A stretch of 60,487 bases of DNA from an uncultured bacterium (lineage in GTDB: Bacteria > Fidelibacterota > Marinisomatia > Marinisomatales > UBA1611). Positions 9,184 to 19,150 of the stretch are shown here, piece by piece. The notes under the pieces were generated by a model, which saw nothing but the letters and a program-made list of their open reading frames with translations, did no database searches and was not told where the DNA came from. The stretch spans positions 1-60,487 of the forward strand of contig CAZYDX010000002.1 in NCBI GenBank assembly GCA_964646455.1. Direction: 5' to 3'. The stretch's first letter is position 1. Each line of letters opens with the position of its first letter. Both the position numbers and the translations under genes were made by a program.

Positions 9184-10135
9184 TTATACAATTTCACAAC
9201 AACTACTACATAGAATCGGATTGTCTTCAAAATTTTTAAGAGAAATGTATTTTGATTTTGAAAAATCTTTTTTCTATAATGATAATTGCAACACTAAAGA
9301 TAATCATGTTTTTATTGTTGGTATGGCTCGTTCAGGAACCACAATTCTTCTTAATGCTATTTATAGATCAGGTATGTTTGCATCTTATACTTATCAAGAT
9401 ATGCCATTCGTTTTAGCTCCGAATCTATGGTCTAAAATTAATAAGAATAGACCATCAATAGATAAAATTGAAAGAGCGCATGGAGATGGCATTCGGATTG
9501 ATACAGATTCACCCGAAGCATTTGAAGAAGTTTTTTGGCTTACTTTCAAAGATAAACACGAATATTTATTTGATGAATTTGATAAGTTAATACAAATGTT
9601 GTGTCAAAAGTATGATAAAACTAGATATCTGAGTAAGAATAACCAAAATATTAGAAGATTAGGAGAAATTATTAAATATTTTCCGTCCTCTAAGGTGATA
9701 ATCCCATTTCGCGAACCATTACAGCATTCATATAGTTTATTCAATCAACATATTAAATTTAATAAAATTCAAAAGGATAATAGTTTTATTAAATCATATA
9801 TGTCCTGGATTGGGCATAGTGAGTTTGGTCTAGACTATAGCCCATTTGTTAATAAAAAAATACTTTATGAAGATCATAACGATATAAATCATTGGTTAGA
9901 ACAGTGGCTATTATCATATGAGTATTTAATGAAATATAAAAAGACTCCAAATGTATTTTTTAATTGTTATGAAACTTTATGTGGTGATGTTGCATTTTGG
10001 GAATCCTTATTGGATTTTATTGATATTGAAGGGTATGAATTTGAGTTTAAAGAGTCAAAAAAAGAAGTATCAGAAACATATAATGAAAATTTATATAAAA
10101 AATGTTTAGAGTTATATAGGTCTCTTTTAAAATGA
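9176..10135 (+). CDS. PAPS-dependent sulfotransferase family protein
   Basis: 5'-PSB loop 'VGMARSGTTILLN' and a 3'-PB-like 'IPFREPLQHSYS'. The ORF-track start is TTG at 9176; an alternative ATG is at 9245. Confidence 0.7.
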   Translation: MHNYTISQQLLHRIGLSSKFLREMYFDFEKSFFYNDNCNTKDNHVFIVGMARSGTTILLNAIYRSGMFASYTYQDMPFVLAPNLWSKINKNRPSIDKIERAHGDGIRIDTDSPEAFEEVFWLTFKDKHEYLFDEFDKLIQMLCQKYDKTRYLSKNNQNIRRLGEIIKYFPSSKVIIPFREPLQHSYSLFNQHIKFNKIQKDNSFIKSYMSWIGHSEFGLDYSPFVNKKILYEDHNDINHWLEQWLLSYEYLMKYKKTPNVFFNCYETLCGDVAFWESLLDFIDIEGYEFEFKESKKEVSETYNENLYKKCLELYRSLLK

Positions 10136-10156
10136 TTGTTATAAGAATATTTTATA

Positions 10157-10852
10157 TTACAGCTTCTTTAAAATTATATTGGTGTACTCGTTCATTTCCA
10201 CTAATTCATTAAATATATTTTCTTTTTTAATTATATTTTCAGATATAGTAATACCATCAATGCAAAAGTTATTTTCTATACAAAATTCATTCACTGCACG
10301 CATGACACCATATTGTAACATTTCTTGATGACTAAAGTTAACATAATCATCAAGCATGATTAATCCATTTGGTTTTATTTTGTTTTTTGATATTAATAAA
10401 TCATTTTTAACAACTTCATAAGAATGGTCACCATCAATATACACCCAATCAAAAAATTGATCAGTGAATTGACTAAGCATATTATGTGAAAATCCATTGT
10501 GAATTACAACTTGCCCATCAGATATTTCTTTTTTAAATCTATTCTCACAATGATTTACAAAAGATGATGATAATTCTATCAAATGTAGGGATTTTGGTTT
10601 AATGTGTGTTAAAATATTTCTAGAAAAATCACCTTTAGCAATACCAATTTCTGCACAAATAGAACCACCCGGTATGTGTTTTTTTAACATGCTTAATCTG
10701 TCCGTATAGACTTTAGTATTTTTTAATAAATTAATTGGCAATGGAGGTATAGGGTTCGTATCAAATGATTTGATTAAAGTTTTTCTAGCTGATAACAATT
10801 TTTTATTGTTTACATAATATTTCAACCATTTGGATATCTTATTTGCTATCAT
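10157..10852 (-). CDS. Class I SAM-dependent methyltransferase (Methyltransf_24/CmcI/TylF-like)
   Basis: 231 aa. 'CAEIGIAKGDFS' (motif I-like), 'VYIDGDHSYEVVKNDL', 'GLIMLDDY'. It is the only minus-strand gene in the first 39 kb. Confidence 0.7.
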   Translation of the reverse strand: MIANKISKWLKYYVNNKKLLSARKTLIKSFDTNPIPPLPINLLKNTKVYTDRLSMLKKHIPGGSICAEIGIAKGDFSRNILTHIKPKSLHLIELSSSFVNHCENRFKKEISDGQVVIHNGFSHNMLSQFTDQFFDWVYIDGDHSYEVVKNDLLISKNKIKPNGLIMLDDYVNFSHQEMLQYGVMRAVNEFCIENNFCIDGITISENIIKKENIFNELVEMNEYTNIILKKL

Positions 10853-11096
10853 TTTATTTTAGTATGCTATTTTGTTTATTTTAACTATTTACAGTATGAA
10901 ATTTATTAATGATAATTGTATACATATATATAATAATTAATTAAAAATTGATTAAAACAATTGATGCAGGAAATCATAATTTATAAAAAGATGTTTTAAA
11001 AAATTTTGATTTGACAATATTTTAATAAAAATTTCAGAATCATTACTGAGTTATATAACTATATTAAAAAATTTATATTAATATTAAATATACAAT

Positions 11097-12332
11097 ATGA
11101 AAAAAATAATTTTATTCCAAAATTCTGCAGCTATCGGCGGAGCTACTATAAGTTTAATTGATAATGCATTACATCTAAAAAACAGAGGTTATAAAGTAAA
11201 AATCATATACTATCAAGATGGTCCAGTAATTTTAAAATCCATTGCTAAAGGTATAGACTCTGAATTACTATCAATTAACAGTGTTTTTGTTTATGGCACT
11301 CACGTCCCATTTAGTTTTATTATGCTTATAAAGTTTCTTTTTTATTTTCCTTTAGACTTTATAAAAATTAAAAATTTAATAAAAAAAGAAAACCCGGACC
11401 TTTTATTGTTCAACACATCGATTCACATTACTGCTGCAATGGCAAGCTATGGGATGGGAATTCCAACTATTTGGTATATAAGAGAATGTTTAGGGAAAAA
11501 TAAAATTATAAGATATATACATCAAAAAATGATTTACAAATTTTCTAGTAATGTAGTTTTAGTTAGTGATTATTTAAGAAAATATTTTAAAGAAAATAAA
11601 AAAATAGTAACTATATACAATGGTATAGATTTAGAAAAATTTAAAAATAATAATAGAGAGATTAATTCACATTATCGCTCAAGATTTGGTTTTAATAAAG
11701 ATGATTTCATTATATGTAAAATTGGAGGTATCCAAAATGTTAAAGGTGATATGTTATTAGTAGAAGTGGCTAAAGAAATATTTAAAAGCAAAAATAGGGT
11801 AAAGTTTTTAATTATCGGCGGACATTCCGATTATAAATTTAGCAAAAATACCATTTCAAAAATTAAATATATAATCAAAATATTTTTTAATCTTCCATTA
11901 AATAATTATGACAAAATGCAAAGGCAGATAAAAAAATATAATCTTGAAGACAAATTTGTTTTTACTAAACCCGACTATAAAATTAATGAAATTCTACCAT
12001 GTGTTGATTTATTATCCTTTTTATCGTTGGAGCCTGAGGGTTTTGGGCGTCCATTAATTGAGGCTATGGCAAGTAATATACCTATACTAAGTTTTGATAT
12101 TGGCCCAACAAGAGAAATAGTTGGTGCAAAATCTTGTTTTTTAATAGAAAAATCTGATCCAAAAGATATTGCTTGTAAAGTTTTATCTATTTATAAAGAT
12201 ATATTATGTAATGTGGATAGAAAATGGTTCAATGATCATAGGTTGAAAAATAATTTTAACAAAAATCTAAATTATAAAAAATTAGAAAAATTAATATCAA
12301 ATACAATTTCAAATTATATGGTTGATGTATAA
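11097..12332 (+). CDS. Glycosyltransferase, GT4-like
   Basis: 411 aa. 'EPEGFGRPLIEAMASNIPILSFDIGPTREIV' is the GT4 signature. Confidence 0.8.
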   Translation: MKKIILFQNSAAIGGATISLIDNALHLKNRGYKVKIIYYQDGPVILKSIAKGIDSELLSINSVFVYGTHVPFSFIMLIKFLFYFPLDFIKIKNLIKKENPDLLLFNTSIHITAAMASYGMGIPTIWYIRECLGKNKIIRYIHQKMIYKFSSNVVLVSDYLRKYFKENKKIVTIYNGIDLEKFKNNNREINSHYRSRFGFNKDDFIICKIGGIQNVKGDMLLVEVAKEIFKSKNRVKFLIIGGHSDYKFSKNTISKIKYIIKIFFNLPLNNYDKMQRQIKKYNLEDKFVFTKPDYKINEILPCVDLLSFLSLEPEGFGRPLIEAMASNIPILSFDIGPTREIVGAKSCFLIEKSDPKDIACKVLSIYKDILCNVDRKWFNDHRLKNNFNKNLNYKKLEKLISNTISNYMVDV

Positions 12333-13605
12333 AATGGTTTTATTTTTGGTAAACATTATTTTGGTATTTTTAATTGGAAAAATGATAATAAAAAACCCTG
12401 TCAATGGTTTAATAATAATGCCAGTATTGACCTATGTAATTCCTGAAAATTATGGTATTCTAAGATTTTACTTTTTATCTCCAGGATTAATTATTACAGC
12501 ATTAACATTGATTTCTATTTTATCTAATATTTCTTTAGTTGAAATAACTAAAAGGATAAATATCATTTTTAAAGTTGTTTTAATAATGTATATATTAAAT
12601 TTAATGCGAGCCGTAGGGGACGACAATTTTTCTAATTTGCTGATTTTTATACAAGGCCCCGTACCATTCATTCTTTTTTCTTTGGTGATTGATAATTACA
12701 AGGATGCTATCAGAGTTATAAGTTATTGGACAACATGTTATGGTTATTTTTGCTTTGTATATTTAATCAGAATATATTGGAACTCTAGAGCTTCAAGCTT
12801 GTTAACAGGTCTAGCAAATGCAAGAGGAATGGACACATTGATAGATAATGCACATAACACAAATGTTATAGCTTGGGTTGCTTTACTTTATCTTCCCCTT
12901 TCATTAATGATACTATCTAAACAAAAGACAATATTTTCAAAATTATTTTTTGGAACTTCTACTTTATCAATTTTTTTATTAATGATTTTTAGTCAATCAA
13001 GAGCCGGTTTGGTAGGAATTATTTTTACTGTTTTTCTTATCATAATCTTTCGTATTAAAGAAAATGGAATACGAAAATCATTGAATTACCTATTTGTGTT
13101 AGTTTTAGGATTTATCGGTATTTTTGTATTTTTAATTTGGGCTTTTAATCAAGGTCTGATGGGTCACTCAAGTTCAATTTTCCAAGTAGTCTTCATTGAA
13201 GAAATATATTATAGGGTTTTAAATATTTTTGTTTCAGTAGAGGAAAACCTTGATAAGATTTCCTGGTTTGGAAGTCATAATATTAATTATTATGGAACAC
13301 ACAGTACATTTGGTAAGACTTTAATTGAATATGGGGTCTTTTATTTTTTTTGTCAAATCTTTGTTTTAATATATGCCTCAGCTAATATATTCTTTCTATA
13401 TAAGAAAAAAATTATAAGTGAAGTTTATCAATTTGTATCAAAAATTTATATTGCATTTATAGTTGCGATACCTATTATGATGTTCGGAATAGCCTTTCAT
13501 ACAATTGAATACATTCAGACCTATCTATTAATGGCAGGTTTCAATATTATAATAATGAATATAATTCAAAAAGAAAGATTCTACCAAAAGATGAAAACTA
13601 TTTAA
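12322..13605 (+). CDS. O-antigen polymerase / O-antigen ligase-like (Wzy_C family) membrane protein
   Basis: 427 aa with at least 10 hydrophobic segments. 'FSQSRAGLVGIIF' matches the Wzy_C/O-antigen ligase core. A likely ATG start is at 12325. Confidence 0.65.
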   Translation: MMYKMVLFLVNIILVFLIGKMIIKNPVNGLIIMPVLTYVIPENYGILRFYFLSPGLIITALTLISILSNISLVEITKRINIIFKVVLIMYILNLMRAVGDDNFSNLLIFIQGPVPFILFSLVIDNYKDAIRVISYWTTCYGYFCFVYLIRIYWNSRASSLLTGLANARGMDTLIDNAHNTNVIAWVALLYLPLSLMILSKQKTIFSKLFFGTSTLSIFLLMIFSQSRAGLVGIIFTVFLIIIFRIKENGIRKSLNYLFVLVLGFIGIFVFLIWAFNQGLMGHSSSIFQVVFIEEIYYRVLNIFVSVEENLDKISWFGSHNINYYGTHSTFGKTLIEYGVFYFFCQIFVLIYASANIFFLYKKKIISEVYQFVSKIYIAFIVAIPIMMFGIAFHTIEYIQTYLLMAGFNIIIMNIIQKERFYQKMKTI

Positions 13606-13683
13606 TATGCAAAAGCAGGTAATGATAAAAATTATATAAGATGATGGTATAATGAAAATATGTAAGTTGCCCTAATGTAATCT

Positions 13684-14628
13684 GTGAAGTTATTAATACA
13701 AATACCATGTTATAATGAAGAGGAATCACTTCAAAAAACAATAAAAAATCTACCAAAATCTATAAATGGCATTGACGACATTGAAATATTAGTTATTGAT
13801 GATGGTAGCACTGATAAAACTCTAGAAATTGCCAAAAGATTAAATGTTGAACATATTGTATCATTCCCAAATAATCGTGGCCTTGCGCAAGCATTTTATG
13901 CAGGTATAGAGAAATGTTTGCTATCTGGTGCAGATATTATAGTAAACACCGATGCTGATAACCAGTATTTAGGTTCTGATATTGAAAAACTTGTGTTCCC
14001 AATATTAGATAAAAGAGCGGATATTGTAGTAGGAGATAGAGAAACAGATCATATCAAACATTTTTCTTTATTAAAAAAAATATTTCAAAAATTTGGTAGT
14101 TATTCTGTTCGAAAGCTTTCAAATACAAATGTCACTGATACTGTTAGTGGTTTTAGAGCCTTTACAAGAGAATCTGCAATGCATATTAATATATTCACAG
14201 ATTATTCATATACTATAGAGACATTAATGCAATTTGGTGCTCGAAAAGCTAATATAATTTCTGTTCCAATAAAGACCAATGAAACCTTAAGAAAATCAAG
14301 ACTTTTTAAAAGTATACCCTCTTTTATAGCTAATCAGTTTTTAACTATCATTAGAGCCTTTAGTAATTATCAAGCTCTAAAAGTTTTTATTTTTATAGGA
14401 CTTATAATTATTACACCTGGAATTTTTGGATTTACAAGGTTTTTATATTATTATTTTATAGATGGTGGGGAAGGGCATATACAGTCGCTAATTTTTTCAA
14501 CAGTTTTAATCAACATTGGTTTTATAGTTCTTATGTCAGGTATTCTAGCAGATTTAATTAGTAATAACCGTAAATTAATTGAAAATGTTTCTTTATTGAT
14601 TAAGAAAAAATATTATAAAAAATTTTGA
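13684..14628 (+). CDS. GT2 polyprenyl-phosphate glycosyltransferase (DPM1/ArnC/GtrB-like) with C-terminal TM helices
   Basis: GTG start. 'QIPCYNEEESL', 'VIDDGSTDKT', 'NTDADNQ' (DxD), and two C-terminal TM segments. Confidence 0.8.
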   Translation: MKLLIQIPCYNEEESLQKTIKNLPKSINGIDDIEILVIDDGSTDKTLEIAKRLNVEHIVSFPNNRGLAQAFYAGIEKCLLSGADIIVNTDADNQYLGSDIEKLVFPILDKRADIVVGDRETDHIKHFSLLKKIFQKFGSYSVRKLSNTNVTDTVSGFRAFTRESAMHINIFTDYSYTIETLMQFGARKANIISVPIKTNETLRKSRLFKSIPSFIANQFLTIIRAFSNYQALKVFIFIGLIIITPGIFGFTRFLYYYFIDGGEGHIQSLIFSTVLINIGFIVLMSGILADLISNNRKLIENVSLLIKKKYYKKF

Positions 14629-15040
14629 CAAGTATAATATATTTAAATCGGAATTATTTTTTTGCCTCTATTAAAAGCATAAGGCCGTGATTATTAATAA
14701 ATATTTTTCAATAATGCTCAAGGTTTTAGTGTTAATTTTATAAGTAATATTATTCTTTTAGTACCTTTATTAGACATTTTGCATAATTTTAAATTTTAAC
14801 TAAGTATTATTTTATAATAATAATCTCCATTTGAAAAAAATAAAAAAATACTCAAAACAAAATTTTATAAGAAATATAATTATATCATACATATTTCCAG
14901 TTTGGGTCCTTTTGATTGTTTTTTTATTTTTTTTACAATATGTCGATAATCTTGCTCTTCTATTAAAATAGATATGTTTCACGTATATACTTTCTTCGCT
15001 TTATTAGTAAAATTTATATACCAATAAATATATTCAATTA

Positions 15041-15964
15041 ATGGTTTATAAAAATCTAAATAAAATAGTTCGTCTTGTTGGGATCATTTTATTCATTATA
15101 TTTATATATTATTCAGATTATAGTCGTTTAATTTTACATTTCAGTTCTGTTAAAATAGATTTTATTTTCTATGCTATAATTATAACACCTATATTTTTCG
15201 TATTAAAAATTTTTCGTTGGTATTTTTTATTAAAATCTATAGGAATAAACTACAGCTTTGCTAATGCCACAATAACGTTCGGTGCCGGTTTATTTGCAGG
15301 TCAAATTACTCCGGGCCAGATTGGTGAGTTAATTAGAGGTGTTTTTCTTGGAAAGCGGGGATATGATTATGCCTTAGCAATTCAATCTGTGGTCATTGAT
15401 AGGTTATTAGATTTAACACTTTTATTTTTAATAACAATACCTGGAATTATATGGTATCTCAATACAAATATAAATACTATAATACACATAATAATAATAT
15501 CTATTTCAATTATTGGATGTTTTTATTTCATTTTCAAACTTTTAATAAAAACATATAGCTTTAATACAAAATCATTATTACACAAACAATTATTTAAATT
15601 ATCCCACTCTTTTAAATTATTTTACCAAAGTATAAAAAATTACAAAGTCGGATTTGTTCTCATAGGACTTACTGTAGCATCTCTCATTTTGAATCTTATC
15701 AGATTTTATTTTATCTTATTATCCTTAGATATAGATCTTCAAATATTACATTTTATTTTTGTGTCTACATTTGCAATGGTTGCGGGTTTACTACCTATCT
15801 CTATTGCTGGAATAGGCACTAGAGAAGCAGCGTATATACTTGTTTTCAATGATTTAGGATTTAGTAACGAACTCGCAATTTCTTATTCTGTTTTAATACT
15901 TATAATTTGTTATTTATTCAATGTAGTATGGGGTTTTCCTGCTTGGCTTTTGGAAACTAAATAG
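15041..15964 (+). CDS. UPF0104 / LPG-synthase-TM 'flippase-like' membrane protein
   Basis: 307 aa, polytopic. 'LPISIAGIGTREAAYILVF' is the hallmark GxGxRE motif of this family. Confidence 0.65.
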   Translation: MVYKNLNKIVRLVGIILFIIFIYYSDYSRLILHFSSVKIDFIFYAIIITPIFFVLKIFRWYFLLKSIGINYSFANATITFGAGLFAGQITPGQIGELIRGVFLGKRGYDYALAIQSVVIDRLLDLTLLFLITIPGIIWYLNTNINTIIHIIIISISIIGCFYFIFKLLIKTYSFNTKSLLHKQLFKLSHSFKLFYQSIKNYKVGFVLIGLTVASLILNLIRFYFILLSLDIDLQILHFIFVSTFAMVAGLLPISIAGIGTREAAYILVFNDLGFSNELAISYSVLILIICYLFNVVWGFPAWLLETK

Positions 15965-15975
15965 AAAGCATAAGT

Positions 15976-17874
15976 TTGTCTGCATTAACTACTTTAATCA
16001 TTTTAATATTTCTATTATCATCGCTGATTTTCATAGGACAGTGCATAATTCAATATTTTGAGATCCGGTTTAAATATACTTATGAAAGCGTTTTAGTATC
16101 ACTATGTTTTGGATACTTTATTATAAGCTACATTTTATTCTTTTTAGGAATTTTAGGATTTATAAATAAGAATTTATTTGTATTATTATTTGTTATTTTA
16201 ATAGTTTCAGGATTTAGTTATTTTTTCTTTAATTATAGAAATTTCAATCTTGGAAACATTTACTTTTCAATAAAAAATGTTTGGAATAGAAATAATTTAT
16301 TTGGATATGATTTACATATCATTTTGTTCTCTATTTTGTTTTCCTACACTTGTAGTATAATTAGTTCATTTTCATATCCTACCGAATCTGACTCGATCAC
16401 ATATCATTTGGCTTTACCCAAACTTTTTCTTGCTCATGGTCAATTCGTCTCAACACCTCTATATAAAGATTGGATGTCACCTTTTAGTGTAGAAACCTAT
16501 AATATATTCTTATTATCTATATCTACAGAATATGCAGCTGTAGTTTTCAATTGTCTAGTTCAAATATTATTGTCATTTTCATTATTCTTACTTATCTCAT
16601 CAAGGTTTTCTAAACAGGCTGGGATATTTGGAATTATTACATTTTATTTATGTCCTGATATGGTAATTCTGTTCAACAGTGCAAAACCTGATGGAATTTT
16701 ATTTGGGTTGATTTTCCTTTCTTTTCATTACTTATTTTTATGGTATGAAGGGAGTGAGAGGAAATATTTTTTCCTCGCATCAATTTTTTCTGGATTTGCC
16801 TTAGCTACAAAATACCAAGCATTATATTTTTTTGTAACAATATGTATAATTTGTTTTTTAATGGTCGTGTTTAAGCTCAAGAAGGAAAATATAAAGTCTT
16901 CTTTAAAATATTTATTTATTTTTGGGTTTATTGCTTCCGCCATCTCAAGTCCGTGGTATATAAAAAATTATATCCTTACAGGGGACCCAATATGGCCATT
17001 TGGGTTTGATATTTTCGAATCTAATTTTTGGTCGGAAAAACTAAATTTAAAATACAAAAATTGGAGCTTAGGTCCTGGGAAATCTACTTTTAATTATATT
17101 TTTGGATTTTGGAATATCACATTAGAGCAAGAAAATTGGAAATGGGGTTTATTAATTCCATATTTGCCTTATAATTTAGCTTTACTTCCTGGTATATTCT
17201 TTTTCAAAAGGTCTAATAATGAAAAATCAATAATTTTTTTTATATTGATTTCTGTTATAATATTTTATTCGATCTGGTTTAGTGGTTATCAGCAAAAAAG
17301 ATATTTATTACCAGCAATGGGGCTTTTGAGTGTCATTACTAGTCCTATCTTTGTTGAGATGTATAAGCATAGGTTAACAAAGTATGCTGCAAGGTTCTTG
17401 CTATATTCAGTTTTATTATTTTCTATCTTTTATACAGTCTTTTTTAATATTGGATTTTTTTCAAATGCATTCGGCTTTGAAACTAAAAATAGTTTTTTAA
17501 ATCGTAAAATTAACTTCTATGATGGTATTAAGTATATAAATGAAAACACTCCAGAGGATGCGGTTATTTTAGTTAACGATTTAAAAACATTTTACTTTAA
17601 TAGAAAGTGGGTATACATTCCTTTGTATGTCCAGGATGATTTCAATTTAGACTTAAACAAAGCTGTTAAATTTCTAAAAGATAACAAAATTACTCATATT
17701 TTTAATCCTTATAACCGAGAAAAAGAAAAAATTATAAATGAATTAATAAAAAATAAATTTATTGAGTCAATATATGAAAACCAATCTAGTAAAGTTATTT
17801 TAAGCCGAAGTTTATCAAAATATGGCACCACTAGTATTGTAATTTATAAGGTTAATCAAAAGCGATATAATTAA
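15976..17874 (+). CDS. GT-C fold glycosyltransferase (ArnT/PMT, GT39/GT83-like)
   Basis: 632 aa with a TTG start, more than 10 TM segments and a soluble C-terminal domain. Its position after the GT2 and flippase-like genes supports the call. Family assignment is by architecture and context. Confidence 0.55.
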   Translation: MSALTTLIILIFLLSSLIFIGQCIIQYFEIRFKYTYESVLVSLCFGYFIISYILFFLGILGFINKNLFVLLFVILIVSGFSYFFFNYRNFNLGNIYFSIKNVWNRNNLFGYDLHIILFSILFSYTCSIISSFSYPTESDSITYHLALPKLFLAHGQFVSTPLYKDWMSPFSVETYNIFLLSISTEYAAVVFNCLVQILLSFSLFLLISSRFSKQAGIFGIITFYLCPDMVILFNSAKPDGILFGLIFLSFHYLFLWYEGSERKYFFLASIFSGFALATKYQALYFFVTICIICFLMVVFKLKKENIKSSLKYLFIFGFIASAISSPWYIKNYILTGDPIWPFGFDIFESNFWSEKLNLKYKNWSLGPGKSTFNYIFGFWNITLEQENWKWGLLIPYLPYNLALLPGIFFFKRSNNEKSIIFFILISVIIFYSIWFSGYQQKRYLLPAMGLLSVITSPIFVEMYKHRLTKYAARFLLYSVLLFSIFYTVFFNIGFFSNAFGFETKNSFLNRKINFYDGIKYINENTPEDAVILVNDLKTFYFNRKWVYIPLYVQDDFNLDLNKAVKFLKDNKITHIFNPYNREKEKIINELIKNKFIESIYENQSSKVILSRSLSKYGTTSIVIYKVNQKRYN

Positions 17875-17930
17875 TAAAAACATAAATAATTAAATTCTTT
17901 ATTCTTCCTTCTAAATATTTTTAGTTCTTA

Positions 17931-19130
17931 ATGCATAATAAAATAGTACTGAAAAAAAATAAGTTGAAAAAAAATAAAAATGATATAATAATTTTATATG
18001 GGCCTCCTTGGTATGGCGCGTCTCAGATGAGTAAACATCATTTTGCAAAATTCCAGTCTATCAATAGGAATGTATTATATATTGAGGCACCAATAAATCC
18101 TTTATCTTTAATTACAAGGACAAAAATTGCTTTAAGTTCTTTGAAAGCATTTCTAATCAGACCAAACAAGGTTCAGGATAAATTATGGATTGCATCATAT
18201 TTTTATTTACTTCCATATAGGGGGAGTAAATTTTTTTTTGGAGCAAGATGGGTGAATAAACTTAATCAATGGTTCGTAGGTAAATTTTTATTCAAGGATG
18301 TCCAAAAACTTAAACTAAACAACCCTATTATATTTGTTGGTGGTGCTCATGGTTACGATTTATTACATTTATTCAAAGAAAATTTTATTATTTATCATTG
18401 TAGTGATGATTACACTTTTGTACCTAGTTTTCCTGATACATTCTCTAATTTGGAGCAGGACTTGTTTAAAAAGTGTAATGTAGTGATAACGACTGCTGAA
18501 GAACTGACAAATGCTAAATCCCATTTTAATTCAAATATTTTCACAGTGCCAAATGGAGCTGATATCGAGTTTTTTTTATCGACTCAGAATGATGACATTT
18601 TAATTGACAATCAAATTAAAAAATTTGACTCACCAGTTATCGGATATATTGGGTCTGTCTTTGATTGGTTGAACAAACCTTGGATTAAAAAAGCGGCTGA
18701 AAAATATAGAGACTGGAATTTTGTTTTTATAGGACCAATAGAAACAGATATATTAGAATTGGAGAATATTCAAAACATTCATTTTTTTGGGCCAAGAGAA
18801 TATAAATCCTTACCTAAATATCTAAAAGGTTTTAGCGTAGCAACTATACCATTTATTTTTAATAAAGTAACTTTAAGAGCTAGTCCAATAAAGTTTTATG
18901 AGTATCTTGCGTCAGGCATTCCAATAGTCTCCTCAAACTTGCCTGACTTAAAATTTTTTAAAAATTTTGCATTCTTAGTTGATGATTATGATAGTTATGA
19001 AAAGGCATTATATGATGCTGTGCATAATGATAATAGTGATTTCAAGAAGAAAAGAATGCAAATTTCAAAAAAGTATTCTTGGGACTCTAGATTTAAAATA
19101 ATAGATCAAATAATAGATGATAACTTATAA
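17931..19130 (+). CDS. Glycosyltransferase (GT-B, TuaH/Glyco_trans_1_2-like)
   Basis: 399 aa. The C-terminal 'SPIKFYEYLASGIPIVSSNLPDL' matches the KxxEYxAxGxPxV motif. Confidence 0.65.
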   Translation: MHNKIVLKKNKLKKNKNDIIILYGPPWYGASQMSKHHFAKFQSINRNVLYIEAPINPLSLITRTKIALSSLKAFLIRPNKVQDKLWIASYFYLLPYRGSKFFFGARWVNKLNQWFVGKFLFKDVQKLKLNNPIIFVGGAHGYDLLHLFKENFIIYHCSDDYTFVPSFPDTFSNLEQDLFKKCNVVITTAEELTNAKSHFNSNIFTVPNGADIEFFLSTQNDDILIDNQIKKFDSPVIGYIGSVFDWLNKPWIKKAAEKYRDWNFVFIGPIETDILELENIQNIHFFGPREYKSLPKYLKGFSVATIPFIFNKVTLRASPIKFYEYLASGIPIVSSNLPDLKFFKNFAFLVDDYDSYEKALYDAVHNDNSDFKKKRMQISKKYSWDSRFKIIDQIIDDNL

Positions 19131-19150
19131 ATATTTGAGATGATAAATAT

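Noticed and set aside
14831-14974. 47-codon TTG ORF with one hydrophobic segment in the 412-nt gap between the GT2 and the flippase-like gene
   Set aside because: It is too short, has a non-ATG start and no SD, and its composition is indistinguishable from AT-rich non-coding sequence. It may be a gene remnant but cannot be supported as a CDS.
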